Part shown: in pieces, positions 25,161 through 38,193 of the stretch
Layout of the letters: every line of letters begins with the position of its first letter
Position numbering within the stretch: the stretch's first letter is position 1
Assembly: GCF_028641065.1 (NCBI RefSeq)
Contig: NC_073406.1
Location: 5,766,001-5,830,000 of the forward strand
Direction of reading: 5' to 3'
Length of the DNA stretch: 64,000 bases
Origin: Leucoraja erinacea
Lineage: Eukaryota
Notes under the pieces: model-generated
Databases searched by the model: none
Told to the model about the DNA's origin: nothing
What the model saw: the letters and a program-made list of their open reading frames with translations, nothing else
Made by a program: the position numbers and the translations under genes

Positions 25161-27299
25161 TTAATTTGGAAAAAAAAATGTATACCTGGTACTCGGATGA
25201 TATACTGGGAGGTGGTCATTATTCAAAAAATAGATTCATTTCACAAAGATGTTAGTACATTGGTAAAGGACACTAATCTTGTGCACTGACAGCAATTTAG
25301 TAGGTAAATACCTATAGCAAAATTACATACGAGAAAATGGCTTGTCTGCTACAGGGTAGTGGTATATTTTTATTGTCATTTTCCTGAGTACTCGCATACC
25401 CAGAGGAAACAAAAAAACGTTGCTCAACCAGTGTCCATTCAGTGTGCAGTAAAAAATACATAGAAATAAAAATACATATATCATGAACAAATTAAACACT
25501 CTACTCTCTACTAAACATCAACAGGCGTTCCGATCGGCAGCGGCACATATATGCCACACCTATCTTGCACACAGCAAACCAGAGAGCACATCACTGTACT
25601 GGTCAAGGTTGTTCCCACAATCAAGAAGAAGTGTTGTAGCCATAATCTCAGTTCTTTATCTGGCTTCTCAGGATCATATTCCCTGCAAAGGTTCTAAAGG
25701 TGAAGGTTCAGTTGCTTAAAAGTAGATGACCTCTGTTTTGCAGAGATTCACCCTGACTGAAGATCGGCTGAGCCTGGTTGGAGACACACATCAGCCTGTC
25801 AGCCAACAGTGGTTCTGAGCAACAGCTGATGACATTGTCTATGTACAGGGAGATTTGGACATGCGTATGGGATTACCTGGGATTCCGTCTGCATACTTTC
25901 AGATGGACTGGGCAAAGAGCTTTTCACAACACACAAACGATAGAAGAGAGAGATTTGATTTTATCTGGGTATATCTCTGCCACAGATGCCAATATAGATC
26001 AGTTACACCCAACACCCAATTACAGATTCCCTACCTGCATTCTATTTTTAAGCACATATCCACACAAGTACATCTGTGATATTCAGTCAAAGGCCTCATT
26101 GTCCGAGCTAATAAACATAGCCATCAACTTGACCTCTTGTGAAGGAGAAGGTATGCTGAGAAACTGTCAGAGTTCTACCTGTGTATACACCACGGGTCTA
26201 TTCTAGATGAATCTCTGGTCAGAGAGGAACATAGAACTGTACAGCACAGCCCTTTGGCTCACAATGTCTATCAAACAGGATGCCAAGTGATGAATGTCAA
26301 CTGCCTGCACATGATCCATATCTCTCCATTCCCTGCATATCATGTGCCTATCTAAAGACCTCTGAAATGACATATCATATCTGCCTCAATCACCGCTCCT
26401 GGCAACATATCCTGGGCACCCACTACTTTTGTGTTTAAAAAAAACTTTGCCCTGCACATCTTTAAACCTCCTCCTTCTCACTTTGGAGGAGATTGTACTT
26501 GATTGGTAAGTAGACACTAGGAACTTCAGATGCTGCTTTACAAAAAGACATGAAGTGCTGGGGTAACTCAGTGGGTCAGACAGCATCTCTGGGGAACAGG
26601 GATGAAGAAAAGTCCCGACTGGAAACGTTGCCTATCCATGTTCTCCAGAGATGCTGCCTGACCCACTGAGTTACTCCAACACTTTGTGTCTATCTGTCCC
26701 GCCCCCACCGTAGTTCTCTGACTGGTTTCACTGTCCTGATTAATTTAACCGATTGTATGCCTCGTTGTCATATTCCCCAAAGCTGACAATAATCCATTCA
26801 AACCTTCCCATGACCATCGTCTGCTTTGATCTCGTTCTCACACATTTTCCTTCCATATCTCTAGTCTCCCTCTCCTCTAACTCTCAGTCTGAAGCAAGGT
26901 CTCGACCCGAAATATCACCCAATCCTTCCCTCCAGAGATGCTGGCTGTCCCGCTGAGTTACTCCAGCATTTTGTGTCAAACTTTATGTCATTTATTGATT
27001 GATAAGGACCTAGGGATTCAATCTTGAAGTCCATATTACTGTGCAAAGAACCTGTTTAGACGCTTTCCAGAGAAATAGTGGCATATCATACCCTACATTA
27101 AAATGTTTGGGGAAACCACAAATGATGTAAAACTTGCCTGAGCTTTGTGCATTGTCCCGCCCTGTATTCAACTGTCACACAGTTAGGTGAGCCCGCCTCA
27201 GGACTTTGGGCCAATGCATTGTCAGTGTTTGAAGATAGACAGACATATTGACCCATCACTGGCGCGACCGTTAGGGGTAAAGACTGACTGGAGAGGAGC

Positions 27300-27570
27300 T
27301 GGCGGCATCGCTTGGACCGGACAACCCGGGTGAATACAGCGGGGGAAAAGGGCTGCCGGAGTAATGGACTGAGGTAGACACTGAGGGAGGGAATGGGCGC
27401 GGGGTGGGGTCGGGGAGAGGGAGTGAGGAGGGAAGGCCCAGGGTGTGAGCTGCCGCCCGCCGGGCGGGAGCGGTCGCTATGGTAACCCCGGTTTGCAGGC
27501 CAGCGACCCGGGCCCTGACTCAACCACCTCAACAGCTCCTGCCTCTCATCACCGGGAACGGCGGGGCTTG
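27300..27570 (+). promoter_or_regulatory. MIIP: CpG island: probable MIIP promoter with RFX X-box
   Basis: GC-rich with GC boxes; GTCGCTATGGTAAC at 27473-27486 resembles the X-box GTTGCCATGGCAAC. Confidence 0.7.
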
Positions 27571-27854
27571 GTGCCTTGCAGCACAGTAAATAGGAGAAGG
27601 GAGAAACCAGGAAGTGCAGGTGCTGGAATCCCGAGCAAAACACCAAGTGCTGGAGTAAGTTTGCGGGTCAGTACCTGCGGGGGGAAAGGACAGGAGGAGA
27701 GATAAACCAACCTACCCACCCCTGACATATATGACTACGGCTGATTTAACCTGGCCTGGGATTTATGATTCCTGCTCATAACTCTCAGTCGCCCTGGCTT
27801 TGAAAAACGTAACTACTTTTACGTTAAACCCATCTGACTAGCTAGCCCTCTTAA

Positions 27855-28269
27855 AGGGCCTGTCCCACTTTCACGACTTAATTCAAAACCTCTGCCGAGT
27901 TTAAAGGACCTAAAAAAAAAAATCAAGATTGTGGTAATTTACGAACCCCTACGACCTTCCACGACTATGTTCACAAACTCCTATGAGTATGTCTACGAAT
28001 TCCCACAACTATTTCGATGCCCTCCTTTTCACGAGTAAAAAGTTTCAATTTCTTTCATGCCGACCAGTGGACATTTTTTATTGGGCTGGAAAAAACGTCC
28101 CGACTTACCTGATGCCACGAATACTAATGGCTAGCATAACGAGCCGCTACGATATATCTACAAACTCCTATGACCTCCTATGGACTTGTTACGAACATTC
28201 TGCGAGTTTGAGTCAAGGGGAAAACTCGGGAGAATTCGTGAATTACCTTGTGACAGTGCGACAGGCCCT
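27855..28269. mobile_element. PIF/Harbinger-type MITE
   Basis: TIRs AGGGCCTGTCCCACT / AGTGCGACAGGCCCT (1 mismatch) with TAA on both sides. Confidence 0.85.
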
Positions 28270-28866
28270 TAATTCTTTGGGGTAGACAATCCCAGAGATT
28301 CAGCATCTTTGAGAAGAAACTTAAATGTCCAGTCTCTTATCTTTAACCCAAATCTCCTCATTCAAGACTCTCCACTAATGAAAACATCCTGACATCTAGC
28401 CTGGAGACACATGAGACTGCAGATGCTGGAATCTTGAGTGAAAACCAAAGTGCCGTAGAAACTCAGTGGGTCAGGTAGCACTGCAAGAAATGGGCAGACC
28501 ATGTTTCAGGTCAGGTCCCTTCTTCAGAACCTGAAGGCTTGGGATCCTTCTTCACTCTCTCAGAATGTTGTCTGTTCTTTTCTCTCCACAGATGTTGCCA
28601 GAACTGCTGGATTCCTCCACCACTTTGATTACAGCTTAACATTTGGCAGACGGTTAGGGGACCAATGCTGTGTGCAGTACTTCTACTATGGCCTCCAACA
28701 TTCTATTCAATTGTGAAAAACCTTCCCTATTTCTAAACTGCAACCCTTTGCATAAAGATCAATATGCAATTTGCTGCATGCCTAATTTTAGTCCTGGCCA
28801 TGGTTCTCCCACCACTGACCCTTTTTTCTTATTCTTTCAGCAGTTGTTATTGATGCCTGGTGAGAG

Positions 28867-29064
28867 ATGTCATATTCCGACTGTCTTCAGTCCCTCCGGC
28901 ATCAAAACAAACATCTATTACAAAGGCTGCGAGAAGAGCGACAACAGTTTGGGGTCCCGAGCAGCACGCTTCAGCCCCCAGAGAGCCATAATGGAGTCAA
29001 CTCAGCAGAGATCGGAAAAGCTGCAGATTGCCAAGAGAACAGCTACAGGGCCAACAGACTAGAG
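28867..29064 (+). CDS. MIIP: MIIP coding exon 1
   Basis: MSYSDCLQSLRHQNKHLLQRLREE (coiled-coil-like); NAGNAG acceptor at 28838-28843; donor GAG|gtggtt is weak but phase-compatible. Confidence 0.75.
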
Positions 29065-29995
29065 GTGGTTGTAGTCATTATTATTCACTAAAGTGATGAA
29101 ATGCATATCTCATATGTATGATTAAATTGCAAGTGAAGCTATAAAAATGGGGATGCTTTGGAGTCCCAAGCACAGTTCTTGGGTACCTTTCAGTTAGTCG
29201 AATACATATATTAGAACCTAGTCCAAATGCATCTGCATGACATCGTTCTACCAGTGGCTTCAATACATTTATCAGGTACACAACTCTTTTAAATGTATCA
29301 TTAGTTCAACAATTAATCACAGCACGAGCCGCTGAGGATCAAAAAGGATTACAATTTAAGTACTGTATTTCCCATTACTCGCACCTTGGCAGGTTCATTT
29401 CCAGATTAGAGTAACCCCCCCCCCACCTCCCCCCCAAAAATACTGTTTCAACAATGGGAAAGGTAGAGTAAATCAGACACCTTTAGTACCAGCAAGTGTG
29501 ATGTTAATTAATCTCTCACCAGTCACGTTTTGTTTCTTACAATATTGCTAATTGAGTTAAATGTTGAGCATATATATTTCTCAGTTTTTAGTGCTGTTGT
29601 GATCAGTTCTGTATTCTGTGCTTTTGTGTTGTATGGGTTTGTATTTGGCTCCTGAGAGAGTGCGTTGATTTTTCTCCTGTGAATTGTGAACAAGGGGTTC
29701 ACAATCTCAGAATAAAGGCTTTGACATTCGAGGCAAGGATGAAAAGTGAGGGTAATAAATCTTTGGAATTTTCCAACAAGAGCTGTGGAGTTCAGATGCA
29801 TAGTGAACTTAATAAAGAGTTTGGTACATTTTTAGACATTAAACGAATGGGGATATGGAGTTAATGCAAGAACTTAAGTAAAAGATCAATAGAATTGGAA
29901 CAGTAAGGCAGCTACACTGGACTCAATGGCCTAGACTTGCTTCTGTTTATTTTGTTCTTGTGTTCTAATGACAGAATTATGTTCTCTTTTACCAG

Positions 29996-30688
29996 GAAGA
30001 TGGCTGTTTTAGGAAGAATCCCAGTTTGAAATACAAAACTTGTTGTGAATTGCTTGGGCAACAGACGAAGAATGATGTCTTCCAACAGCCCACCGAGGTG
30101 GTAATATCTGAATCCCTGCAGAAAAGAGAAGAATCTCGAGCAGCACTTTGCACTCCCTCAATGCACAGACCCAAGAAGCAAGGTTGGGGCCTTGGCTCGG
30201 GGGATGGAGCTGGCATGGAGCTGGCAGACAGACTTCCTGTCGATAAGGCCAAAGCAGTTTCCAGTGTAGAGAAAAACTGTTCCACATCAGCAGTTATGTC
30301 ACCTGGAGAAAGTTTTGTTACAGCAGTAGCACTGGGCCAGAAATGGAACACGCAAAAGCTGGATCGAAAAAGTAACCATGAGACTGAATATTTTCAAAGC
30401 TCAACTCCTTTTACCAAACCTCCTAACCCAATGTTAACAGATCAACCAGAGCTCCCTATCCCAACGTCAAGTACAATGGGAGCTGACTGCAAGCGAAGCA
30501 GTTCCCAACACTATTCCCACTCCCTTCAGCCCCTCAGTGAGAACCCAAACCCAAGATCCAAGCTAGATTCACCGTTATATGTGGACCTGCTGTTGGATGA
30601 GGGCAATGATCGACAAGGCAAGCATTTCATCAGAAATACTCAAAAACCAAAATCCATCCTCTTGGAACCACATAACAAGATAGTGAAG
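29996..30688 (+). CDS. MIIP: MIIP coding exon 2 (large, 693 nt)
   Basis: ttttaccag|GAA...AAG|gtaggt; open frame ending KPKSILLEPHNKIVK. Confidence 0.85.
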
Positions 30689-31209
30689 GTAGGTCTACTC
30701 TTATTTCCATTACTGTTGTTGCTGCAAGCTTTTTCTAGTTTGGTATTTCAAAGTCCAGAAGGTCTGAATATCCAGTTTCTGTTTTGTTTTTTTGTTGAGT
30801 TAAAGGGTAATTTGTTCCTGCAAGGTGAGCGGCTGGCTGGAATGGACATGTACGGGGATGTGTCTAAAGTGACTGGCCAGAGAGGAGGTGGATAAGAAAT
30901 ATGAACATGCCTGAGTAGAGGCTACAGGAACGGAAGGGTGTGGAATAGCATTGTGGCTGGAGTAGCGTGAATGGGTGCAGGCGCTATGAGTGTGCCAAAG
31001 AAAACTGGCACGGGTTATAAGAACCGTGTCATAGTATAAATGGATAAAATGGTCAGTGGGTTCTAAAACATTAATGATGTAGTGTATCAACCGCCTGTCA
31101 CTGATCATTGGAGTGGATCGTGAGATTTGCAACAGCTGACCCCAGGTATGCCAGATTTACCTGTTGTCTATGTAGTTCCGTCTGTTAAACCTTTCTGTTT
31201 CATTTACAG

Positions 31210-31312
31210 GCAGATATAGGTCATGTGACATTCCTGTCCCCAGATGAGGAATCCAGCTTCAGTACCGAGGTTCAGTCTGTGCAACCCCTCCTGGGCTACG
31301 ATTGGATAGCAG
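31210..31312 (+). CDS. MIIP: MIIP coding exon 3
   Basis: ADIGHVTFLSPDEE...PLLGYDWIA; AG/GT. Confidence 0.93.
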
Positions 31313-31371
31313 GTAATAAGCTGGGTTGTGTTATATTTGTTCTGGAATTTCAACTGTTCACCTGGGCTATA

Positions 31372-31640
31372 GACTATAGACTATGGAACAGCATCCCTCT
31401 TCCCATCAGAACTGCCCCCATCATCGATTCTTTTAAGTCTAGACTTAAAACTTATTTCTACTCTCAAGCCTTTCTTGAGGTTCTCTGAGGGAGTGCTGTA
31501 TGTATGTATCTATGTATGTATTGCTGATCTAGGTAGCACTGTTTGAGCATGTTAGTACCTGCACCAATGTAAAGCACTTTGGTCAATGAGAGTTGTTTTT
31601 AAATGTGCTATAAAAATAAAATTGACATGACTTGACTTGG
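31372..31640 (+). mobile_element. L2-type LINE 3' end
   Basis: LWNSIPLPIRTAPIIDSFKSRLKTYFYSQAF, then a 3' UTR ending in a (ttgac)n-like tail. Confidence 0.75.
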
Positions 31641-31766
31641 GCTACAGGGATGCCTGGAGCATTTTCCAGTAACTCTGCTTGTTGACCCCTCCTGTTGCAC
31701 CTCTCCACCGTGGGATCTCTTTTGTGCAAGTTGATTGATTTTTATTTTCTGATTGGTTCTCATCAG

Positions 31767-31878
31767 GTCTGATAGACGTGGACTCACGGCTGTCAGAAAA
31801 ATCTGAACAGTATTTCCTGGAACTGCAGAATTTCCGACGGGTGAACAAAGAAGAATGCATTCACCAAGAGTACATGGA
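31767..31878 (+). CDS. MIIP: MIIP coding exon 4
   Basis: GLIDVDSRLSEKSEQYFLELQNFRRVNKEECIHQEYM; AG/GT. Confidence 0.93.
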
Positions 31879-32065
31879 GTAAGTATATGTTTGGGGTTTA
31901 CAGAGAGTGCAAGAGTGATCTTGAGATATTGGAGTTGGATGGGGGAGTGTGTGCAAGTCCAGAATAAGGAGATGTGTCTTCTCAGGTTAACAAATTCAAT
32001 ACTGAAGGCTGGGATCAAAAGGAATTCCTTAACTTGCTTTGAATGATTTGAGTTATCCTGTAATT

Positions 32066-33055
32066 AGTATAGTATAGTATATCTTTATTGTCATTTTCCT
32101 GAGTACTCACATACCCAGAGGAAACAAAAAAACATTGCTCAACCAGTGTCTATTCAGTGTGCAGTGAAAAATAAATAGAAATAAAAATACATATATCATG
32201 AACAAATTAACACTCTACTCTCTACTAAACATCAACAGGCGTTCCGATCGGCAGCGGCACGACAGTGGCTCTGCTGCAGTGTGTCCAGGTTGGTGGTTGG
32301 TGCGCGATACTTTAGCAGGGGGCAAAGTCCGTTTATCAGTCTTATAGCCTGCGGGAAGAAGCTGAGGAGCATCCTGCTGGTTTTGCAGCTAATGCTCCTG
32401 TACCTCTTCCCAGATGGCAGGATGGAGAATATGTGATGCGATGGGTGGTAGGGGTCTTTGATGATGGAGATGGCTCTGCTGATACATCTCTTCCTGTATA
32501 TGTCCAGCAGGAAAGGGAGTGGAGCACTAATAATCCTGCTGGCGGTCTTCACAATCCTGTCTAGTTGGTGCCGTTTGTACGCCTTGCAGCTCCCGAACCA
32601 GGAAGTGATGCCGTAGGTTAATGTGCTCTCGATTGTCCCCCTATAAAAGGTTCGCAGGTGTGTAGTGGGGAGACCTGCTTTCCATAGTCTTCGGAGAGGG
32701 TCTAGTCGCTGCTGGGCTCTCTTGACCAGTGCTATGGTGTTGGTCGTGGACGTCAGGTCATCTGACAGGTGGAGTCCTAGGAACTTCACGCTGCTGACCC
32801 TTTCCACATCAGCTCCATCGATGTGCAGAGGTGTATGGTGTTTTTTCCCGCCCTCCTGAAGTCAACCACCATCTCCTTAGTTTTTCCCACGTTGAGAATG
32901 AGGTTGTGGGATTTGCACCATCCTGTGAGCAGCTCCACCTCCATCCTCTACGCCGACTCATCATTGTCACTGATGAGACCCACCACTGTTGTGTCATCAG
33001 CGAACTTGTTGATGAAGTTGTTGTTGAGTCTAGCAGTACAGTCGTGTTAGACTCA
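32066..33055 (-). mobile_element. 5'-truncated Rex1/Babar-type LINE (end of RT plus C-terminal domain), fairly young
   Basis: KFADDTTVVG motif near 33000; ORF 32232-32807 ERVSSVKFLGLHLSDDLT...AQQRL..LRRL..FYRGTIES; (agtat)n tail; near-identical 3' end at 25363-25543. Confidence 0.85.
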
Positions 33056-33502
33056 ACAACGTAATTGGTGGAGGCTTAGTCATTGAATATTGTTAAGACT
33101 GGGAATAATATATTTTTGGCCACATAGTGAACTGAAGAATGTAGACCTAGGACAGAAAAGTAAAATTGTTGCAGATCAGTTGCCGTAGAACATTAGGTCG
33201 TGTGGAATGGCTGAATGCAGCAAGTGAGAATTTAATTGTTCAGATTCATATCCAGTGTGAATATGATCAATAAACACGCTTGACCTCTTGAATGTGCACG
33301 AAGGGGCTCTGCGGCTCGGTATGATAAGCCAGCTGTAGAGGGCAAAGAATAGGAGCACTTGGCAATTTCCTTTTTCTGGGGATTACAGTTCGTGAATGGT
33401 CAGCTGTTTAATCCATGGCCAAAGGAAACTAGGAGCTGGTAGAAAGTTGCAATGTTCAGTAGATCTGTCAGTCTTTAATCATCTGATGTCTTCTACTTTT
33501 AG

Positions 33503-33570
33503 AGATGGAGAGCAAAATGATAAGCTCACAGATCAAGAGGAACTCGACTACAAAAGTCAAAGTCATCAAT
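33503..33570 (+). CDS. MIIP: MIIP coding exon 5
   Basis: DGEQNDKLTDQEELDYKSQSHQ; AG/GT, phases 2/1 fit the neighbouring exons. Confidence 0.88.
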
Positions 33571-34071
33571 GTGAGTGTTGTTTTTTGTGGGGCAATGGTG
33601 TTTTATATAGTTATCCAGCAGGGAAAAAGCCCATCCGTCCATCCCATCTTTGTCGATCAAGATGCACGTCTAAGCTCTTCCCATCTGCCCGCGTTTGAGC
33701 CATATCTCATTGTACTTTTCCGGTCCTTTTCTACAAACTAAAGTTATAGATGGCTCAGTGTGTAATAATGCGGTGTCATTAAGAATAGGCATTAAGCTGA
33801 AAAACATTTTTAGACTACAGGAGAAAGAAGATTTATGGCAATTTGGTAGCAACGAGTGTTAAGGCCAAAGATCAAATCATCCATGACATTATTGAATGGC
33901 TTGGCAGGCTTGAGGGACAAAGTAGTCAACAACACCTTATTGTTGCGTTCCCATGACTCCAGTTGGTGGGTAATGTTTATTACTAGGCCCTTTGGAAAGC
34001 TGGAGAGCAGTGCTACATTAAGAATGTTGTTGGCAGTTGACAATAGGGATAGGTGTGATTCTGTCTTTCAG

Positions 34072-34198
34072 GCACACATTCTTACCGTGTTAACAGTCGC
34101 CTGTTTGCAGTTCCATTGGAACCAGCAGCAGCATGTGCTGTTTGTAAAACTCCCAAGTCGAAGCGACCGCACACCATGGAGGAGCCTGCTTATATCAG
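34072..34198 (+). CDS. MIIP: MIIP coding exon 6
   Basis: CTHSYRVNSRLFAVPLEPAAACAVCKTPKSKRPHTMEEPAYI; AG/GT. Confidence 0.94.
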
Positions 34199-34955
34199 GT
34201 GAGATCCTGCCCATTACTGCACATACTACATGCCTACATCATTTCAACAGGTAGATTAAAGCCTTAGACTTTAAGGAAACAAGATTTCAGCTAGGGGGGT
34301 GTAAAAAAAAATGAGGATTGTTCTCTTACAGATAAATTTAAGATTACTGAACCCATTATCTTTTGTTCCTGCCACGAAATGTATTCATGTCCATTCGCAT
34401 CTCTTACAGACTGGATGGAAAAGATTGCACGCAACCTTGATGTTGTGGTTCATAAGAACATGAAAAAAGTAGATACCGGAGAAGGCTATTGTACTCCTTG
34501 TGCCTGTTCCACTATTCAGTACAGTCTTGGCCGATCTTTTGCCTCAGTTACACTTTTTCCCACTAGCCCTTTATTTGTGTAGGAAAGAACTGCAGATGCT
34601 GGTTTAAGTCGAAGGTAGACAAAATGCTGGAGTAACTCAGTGGGTCAGGCAGCATCTCTGGAGAGAAGGAATGGGTGATGTTTTGGGTCGAGACCCTTAG
34701 TCAGCTCTTTATATTTGTTCTATCCTTGTGTGAAGTTCGAGTAGAGATTTACTGTACATGCTTTTCTCTGGGAAAACGGATGACTCTGCTTTGTCATTTT
34801 CTCACTCCAATTATCAGTGACCATCCTGTTTCTTTATTCATTGCTCTTTAAATGACAGACTTTTCAGTCATTGTTTGAGAAGGATTAGCAAATGTTGGTG
34901 TTCTTAAAAACAATCTGAATTAATCGGACAAATTCAATGTTTATAATACTTTCAG

Positions 34956-35052
34956 GGTCAGTATCCCCAGATCAACTCTGCTCCCTCCGCACACATACAA
35001 GCCTCACCGTAGGAAGAGCTTCAATCCTACTGATAGTCTGTCACTACCTTCG
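34956..35052 (+). CDS. MIIP: MIIP coding exon 7
   Basis: [32 protein letters not shown]; AG/GT. Confidence 0.94.
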
Positions 35053-35852
35053 GTAAGTTTTGATTATGTTTGCATGCTTGAAATATAATCGTTGTGTCAG
35101 TCATCTTCATACAATTAAACCTAGGTGTACAGTCTTCAAATGGAAAGTTCTAAATGTGGCTCTATATTTGGCTGGAGTCTATAGGAAACGTTAAGAGGTA
35201 TATGGGTCAAACGTGGACTAAAAAAGATGTTCCTGAGAGTTTAGAAGAATGAGCGATTGAAATGTTCAAGAGATGACAGAGATTGAGAGGATAGATACCA
35301 AGAATCCGCTTCTCTCTGTTGGACAGTTTAAAGATAAGTGTCATAGTTTTAAGGAAATGGTGATGTTTTTGAACTGATGAAAAATGTCTTTGTGTAGACG
35401 ATTGTAAATCTTTGGAGTTTTCTGCCAAGAGGGCTGTGCATGTTTCGCCATTTCATGTTAAGATCAATAAGCATTGATCGCTCAGCGAATTCACATATTA
35501 GACTGGACAGGAAAATAGAAGAAGATAGACAAAAAAGCCAGAGTAACTCAGCGGAACAGGCAGCATCTCTGGAGGAAAGGAACAGTTTCGTGTTGAGACC
35601 CTTCTTCAGAAGTTGGGTTTAGCTATGATCCTGAACTTGAGAGGGCGTTCAAGGAGCCAAATTTGTTTATTTCCATCTTTGTTTTGTGCTAATGTCACTT
35701 ATCACCAATCAGCACTTTGTGTTGAGAAAGGAATAGTAACTGACCGCAGGTGAGGGTAGGCTCAGGCTTGGTTATGTGTTTTACACTGTCAAAGTATTGT
35801 GAATGTACATTTTTTTTTAAAGTGTCTGATCTTGCCTTGTTTTACCTTGTAG

Positions 35853-35978
35853 CACTGTCTATTGGGCTGGGAAAATTCCATGCCTTCTACAACTCCCGTA
35901 GCAAGTACCTTGGATTTGCACAGTGCATTGGAAGACAAAAAAACTTCTGTGCCATTGAGTCCTAATCACTCCATTATG
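35853..35978 (+). CDS. MIIP: MIIP coding exon 8
   Basis: HCLLGWENSMPSTTPVASTLDLHSAL...; AG/GT. Confidence 0.92.
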
Positions 35979-36641
35979 GTAAGATGCTAATACTGTTATT
36001 TAATATCCTGCCATATCCAATAGTTAATGAAACACCTCTGATCATTGTGGTTGAATGTGAATTACTCAATATCAAATGGCACAAAATGTTGAATGGTTTT
36101 CAGCCTTATTGAAAGGCATCTATGGGATTTAGTCTCCATGCATTACTCCTTTTAAACAGAATCGGTTTAAGGTACTGTCTCTGCAGCAGTGGGTGAACTT
36201 TTATTCGAGATGAACGATCTAATTGGCGCCCCGTTACATGTTACAGAAAATTATTATCTGCTTCTTCAAATAACTTTTTCTCACTTCACAACTTGTTACA
36301 ACGTTAATCGACTTCACATTTAAATTCTTTTCACCGTGGACAATTTGCTCAGGTCAATATTCAGCTTTTTCATAAATTTTAAAATAAAGGTGGAATCAGC
36401 CCAAGGTGTGACCAACATCTCTATGAATTACGTTGTGTCCTATTATGGAAGAATAAAAATGGCATTCCACAACTGACCGAACCCCAAGGCTGTCCTCAAT
36501 ATGGGGGACAAAAGTTAGGGACATTTAAAGTGGAGGCATAATATACAGAAAAGAGTGTAATGGTTCATTAGTGGTGCATTCTTTTCTGTAATTTTTGTGA
36601 AGAAAGAGCTGACTGGTAACAACATTGTGCTTTTGTTTTAG

Positions 36642-36758
36642 AGTGCTGCTGCAGTGTCTCGAGTGGCTGGAGGCACCAGAACAGATGAGTTGCTGGACTT
36701 CTCACGTTCAACACGGTACCAATTTCAGAAACTAGAGCAAAGCCTGAAATTGAGATAA
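36642..36758 (+). CDS. MIIP: MIIP last coding exon
   Basis: ttgttttag|AGT; SAAAVSRVAGGTRTDELLDFSRSTRYQFQKLEQSLKLR*. Confidence 0.8.
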   Translation, partial: SAAAVSRVAGGTRTDELLDFSRSTRYQFQKLEQSLKLR

Positions 36759-38096
36759 AAATCAGCTCTCATTCACCTTCCTAGCCTTTGGGTGCACACG
36801 CACACACACACCCACATATCAAGAGCATTGTATTCATAGGTACGGTTTCCCTTCATAATACTGGGACGTATCTTGCCTCTGAATCTGAGCTTCTCACTTG
36901 GTGTGCAAGTTTCTTACCTGGTGTAAAACTACCTCAAGTGCAATATTTTCAGTAAGATGGAATGTCTGCTGAAGGGAACCCCAGTAAATTGTTCTTCATT
37001 TCTGATTTAGCAGTCTTTCTTGGAGAGAAAACTACAGCTGATATGCACAAGTAACAGCATTACTCTCAGCATTTGATGAGCAGGTTGTTTTGGACATCCA
37101 TGTGTGTGGACATTTATTGTCGTGTGTCTACGTGCTAGGGGTGAGACTATGCATATTCCAATTAGTTGCCTTGGTTGCTTCTCCTGCAGTGAGTTTTCAT
37201 CTGCTGTTGGTAGATGTTATTTCTTTCTGGGTTGATAATACCTGTCATCTGTAGAAGATGTGTAGCAAACTGCAGAGGAGATTCGTGCAGAGTTTTTACT
37301 TTTATATTTTTGTGCTTTTAATATGGTTTTATTGTTTGTTTTTATTCATTGAAAAAATGATCTAATTATTACAAATCAATAATGAGTTGGTGTGAATGGT
37401 ATTTCTACAAGTGCAGTGTGGCAATGTTCTTGAGCTAAAGGGAATATATCATAATGATAAACCATAAGATCACTAATAATTTATTAATTAGTAGAGCCAC
37501 TCATTACATTTCTGACTGTAAAATTGTTGAAATGGCTTCACCTGGGTAGATGTGCAGCTTTTGATTGCCACTGTGTGTCTTCAGCCTGATCTTACTGTAT
37601 TTATATGATATTATAAACACTGATTATTGCTTACAATGTGTGTTCTGGCTGCTGGTGCGGGTCAGTCTCATTTACCATTCTTCTATTGCAATCAGTTTCT
37701 CACTTTGGAATTCTCTTTGTCTATTTTTTTTACACCTGTGCTCCCTAACTCAATATTACCATGGTGTGCCTATTGCCTTATTTGCAACATTCAGTGCCTC
37801 TTTGTGTGTATGAAATACTCAAAGTTTTGTCACCATGGCTCTCAATTTAATCACGGTGAAGTTCCAAAAATAATTAGATAAAGAAGAGAGAATGTTTTGG
37901 TTAACGATGAATATCGGCCAGGTCATTAGAGAGAACTCCTTCCTATACTATAAGATATATTTTATGTCCATCACAGGGAGGCAGAGGGTTGGTTTAACAT
38001 TGTAAGGAAAATTGCAAAGCTTGAGTGCCTTCTCAGTTCTGCAATTGAATTATCGGAATAGTCATGTGCTCAAGTTTTTGAACTAAATTGAACTAA

Positions 38097-38193
38097 ACCT
38101 TTGTAAATTCAGTGAATTGTGATTTCAACAAATAGCAGGCTTTGTGGTGGCGACAAGATCCTTGAAATCACAATTCACTGAATTTACAAAGGT
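38097..38193. repeat. Perfect 32-bp inverted repeat with a 33-nt spacer
   Basis: acctttgtaaattcagtgaattgtgatttcaa (38097-38128) / ttgaaatcacaattcactgaatttacaaaggt (38162-38193). Confidence 0.95.

Larger units (their letters stand above)
28867..36758 (+). other. MIIP: MIIP (migration and invasion inhibitory protein) gene, coding span (9 exons, 1641 nt, 546 aa)
   Basis: Phase-consistent GT-AG exons; motifs LLGYDWIAG, FRRVNKEEC, YRVNSRLFAVP, RVSIP..L.PPH.Y..HRRKSF, HCLLGW match recalled MIIP; syntenic downstream of MFN2. Confidence 0.92.

Noticed and set aside
32232-32807. 191-aa minus-strand ORF as a nested host gene
   Set aside because: It is the C-terminal part of a truncated LINE ORF2 with an upstream frameshift.
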